Positions 60,893 to 64,000 of a DNA stretch of 64,000 nt are shown here, one piece after another. Below the pieces are notes generated by a model, which saw nothing but the letters and a program-made list of their open reading frames with translations, had not been told where the DNA came from and did not search any database. The position numbers and the translations under genes were made by a program. Every line of letters starts with the position of its first letter. Positions within the stretch are counted from its first letter, which is position 1. Origin of the DNA: Eledone cirrhosa. Its lineage: Eukaryota. Where the stretch lies: the NCBI GenBank assembly GCA_964016885.1, contig OZ024741.1, positions 371,380,001-371,444,000 on the forward strand, given 5' to 3'.

Positions 60893-61354
60893 ATGTATGT
60901 ATAGCATATTTTGCAATATACCGTATGTTTAATTAAAAGCATTTAGAAGACCATACGCTATCGTTTTTAAAGTAGTGACTATGTCACTTCTTTTCGGCGA
61001 AAGAAGGAAGAGAAGCTGACAGTCTGTTTCACGCTGGTAGGCGATCATCTGAGCCTCGCACTCCCTGCTTCCGCCGAAAATTATAGAAGCTAGATTCTTA
61101 TAGAATTCCAGTAATAATCAGGATCTGATTATACAGAGCGATTGCTGGTCCAGCAAAAATTAGGCATTAGGATTGGTGCTTTTAAATAGCGATGTATACA
61201 TGAATGTATGTGTAGTATATTTGCCAATATACCGTATGTTTAATTAAAAACATGTTGAAGACCATACGCTATCGGTTTTAAAGTAGTGACTAGGTCACTT
61301 ACTTCTTTTCGGCGAAAGAAGGGAGAGAAGCTAACAGTCTGTTTCACGCTGGTA
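60893..61354 (-). mobile_element. Partial tandem direct repeat (~150 bp; 60893-61039 and 61204-61354), pseudo-LTR-like
   Basis: Both copies end in AGTCTGTTTCACGCTGGTA. The first extends into a complete hammerhead motif. Confidence 0.7.
61015..61054 (-). ncRNA. Hammerhead-like motif with CAGATGA core
   Basis: GCT-CAGATGA-T-CGC ctacca GCG-T-GAAA-CAG a CTG-TC-AGC. GUC triplet. Confidence 0.72.
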
Positions 61355-61773
61355 ATTGACTTAATTTGACGGCGGCAGCTTCAAAAGTCTGTCTTCCCCA
61401 TACATATATTTAGAACGGGTTAGGGTTTGTGAAATATAAATGTTATCTGAGGTAGGGATTATGGAGGATATCTTAGTTCTAGTTTAGACATTTAGTTCAT
61501 GATTGGCTTTGTTTTTACGAGTTTGGAATCAGATGGTCTTGTCTTCTAGATGTCTTGTTTATTGTTGGCTTTGTTTCCTGAGTGCATTATATAGGGCATT
61601 CGATGATTTCTTTGCATTTGTTCTGGGTGTTTCTGCGTTCAGATTTGAGTGTTTGACGTTCCTACTTGCTTATTTGCATAAGGTATGTATGTGTAATGTA
61701 TGTGTACGTATATTTAGGGTAGTTATTGATGGTGAATAGACTAGGTGGAGCAATAACGGTCTTATTTACTTAT

Positions 61774-61879
<106 letters not shown>

Positions 61880-64000
61880 TGAAAAATATTATCTCTGATC
61901 GAGACGAAGCGAGATTGTATTTGAATACATATAAAAATGAGAAAACTCATCGATAGAACAGTCGTTAAACAGCCAAATTCTGTTAAAGACAACGATGGGC
62001 AAAAATGCCTCAGAGAACAGAAACCAGCGGTCAGTAGTCTACAGCCAGAAAATCTACGAGGTGGGTGACAGGCAGATGAAATATAGAAAAGATTGAAAGA
62101 GGAGGAGGACAACGTGAAGTGTGCTGGGGCATAAAATTGACTGGAAGAAGGAAATAAAGAAAGGTGATGTACAAGACAAGTTCATACACACACATCTTCA
62201 ACCTCATCAGCTTTCAAACCAGCAAAATGGTTTCGCACGATTTAATTGGGAATACCATTTTAAAATGCTGGATCATTCAACAGAAAAATAAATCTTTCTG
62301 CTGGTATGATGTATGTGCGATAAAACAAACAGCACAAATAGAAGGACGAAAAAAGAGAAAGGTTATTATGATTAAGCCTGTTTTCTCTTGTCACTACCAC
62401 TATTACAGCATTCATTAGATCATTTCTTCTTTTTCTTCATATTCAGTACATTATCTTTTATCCAAGTCCATGCATCCCATTGCCTATTTCAGTTATTTCC
62501 CTTAGCTCATTTCATTCTAAACAATGTAAATTATAACTGGCAACAAATATTTCTAAATCCTCTTTACTATGTGTACGAATTTGATAACTATCTGCTGGCT
62601 TTGTTATGGGCGGTGGATTGGCAGTATCGGTAGAGCGTCCGACACCATGCTTTGCAGCACAGAGTTATGGCCCTTTTTGTTCTGAGTTCAAATCCCGCTG
62701 AGGTTAACTTTGCCTTTCATCTTTACAGGTCGATAAAATAAAGTACCAGTAATGCACTGGGGAAATTGCTGGCCTTGTGCCAAAAGTAGAAACAATTATT
62801 AGCGCTCTTGTGGCAAATTAAGAAATCTATCTGCTAGCTTTGTTAGTCTCTTATAGACAGCATTTCCATTATCTTGATGTCTACAGTCATTATTGGTTCT
62901 TCTAGGGCGGTGGGTTGGCAGTATCGGTAGAGCGTCGGACGCCATGCTTTGCAGCATAGAGTTACGGTCCTTTACTGTCTGAGTTCAAATCCTGCCGAAG
63001 TTAGCTTTGCCTTTCATCCTAACGGGGGTCGATAAAATAAAGTAATGCACTGGGGTCGATTCAATCGACTTTCCCCTCCCCCAAAAATTTCTGGCCTTGT
63101 GCCTACATAAGAAACCATTATTTCTTCTTCTTCTTCTTCTTCTTCTTCTTCTTCCATATCCTATCTATTCTAGTGGTGTGTACAATTTTGTTTGTTGTCA
63201 AGTGTGGAAGCCGAGAGTATATTTTTACTGTAACTGTATTTGTTTCAATATTTCCATAGGGATTTCTACGATCTTCGTCATCATTTAAAATTTCAGTTCT
63301 TGTTTTCTTTGTGCCTATTTAAAAAAAAAGTGTTGCTTGTTTGGTGTGTTCTGTAGTATTTCTACTGTTTTATGGGCTCATTATTGTATGTGTGGTCGTC
63401 TTTGTTGTGTGGGTTCCTTTCTTTTAGGGACCCTTACCCGAAATCTTATGGAAATCATACTTATATGATGCAGGTCCTGCTTTGTTTTTCCCATTAGTTT
63501 GTGGTTGCTTATTTTCATAACTACCAATGCTCGTTTATTGCTGTATTACTGCCTCTGTTGTGAGGCTTTCTTTCTCTTGGAGTATCGTATGTGCTGTGTG
63601 TGCTGGGTTCTATTGTGATTCTTTCATTTGTTTGTCGAAGGTTAATTTTTTTTTTTTTTTTGTGTAATCTGTCGTTTCGTTATATTTTCACTGTGTTCAT
63701 TTTTAGTTATTCTATTTCAATTTTTTCATACCCTTGTTTATTATAGATACTCGTACATTCGCTAATGTTTTTATTTTTCGTCACCTCGTTTTTTATCCAT
63801 AACTCATACAATACTTTATTATACTCGTGTGTTTTAATATAGTGTTGATGTGGAATAGGAATGTAATATCTCAATGTAGGATTCATTCGTCCAATGTTTT
63901 CTTTTAATTTTGTCTTTATTTTTTATTTCGGGTGCAAGTAATAAGAGACGGGTCTCTTCAAAGTTAACCTTTTGAAGGGACACTACTTTTGAAACACGTG

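Noticed and set aside
63290-63960. Possible decayed retroelement ORF on the minus strand (also 61380-61740)
   Set aside because: A-rich with many stops and no motif identifiable with confidence.

Overview
Repeat-saturated, AT-rich eukaryotic genomic DNA, most likely an octopus/cephalopod (inferred from the tRNA-derived SINE set, Dong/RTE/Tx1 LINEs and very dense (TA)n/(CA)n microsatellites; not proven). No intact protein-coding host gene is visible, and most ORF-track entries are microsatellite read-throughs. Recognisable content: two Tx1-type LINEs (one near-complete but frameshifted, 8385-13466), R4/Dong LINE relics, a CRE-type fragment, RTE fragments, a non-autonomous Helitron, several MITEs, over 20 SINE copies, a 3x 1.45-kb tandem block and two minisatellites. 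The most striking signal is a community of short elements inserted in (TA)n runs, many of them fold-back palindromes, that carry type I hammerhead-ribozyme motifs. About ten unrelated sequence families show this, with recurrent non-canonical features: CAGANGA (U4A) cores, a compensatory U3-A8 core, U.U at the stem II base, 60-115 nt stem II extensions and palindromic stem III. Many share an RTYGAGTRCT motif about 25-75 nt before the terminal TA run, and two lie downstream of Penelope GIY-YIG remnants. Other leads: a 37-nt GT-AG segment whose removal would fuse Tx1 ORF1 to ORF2 in frame, a SINE with 32 tandem A-box units, and a decayed minus-strand astacin/ShK-like pseudogene. All calls were made by eye; no searches or folding programs were run.
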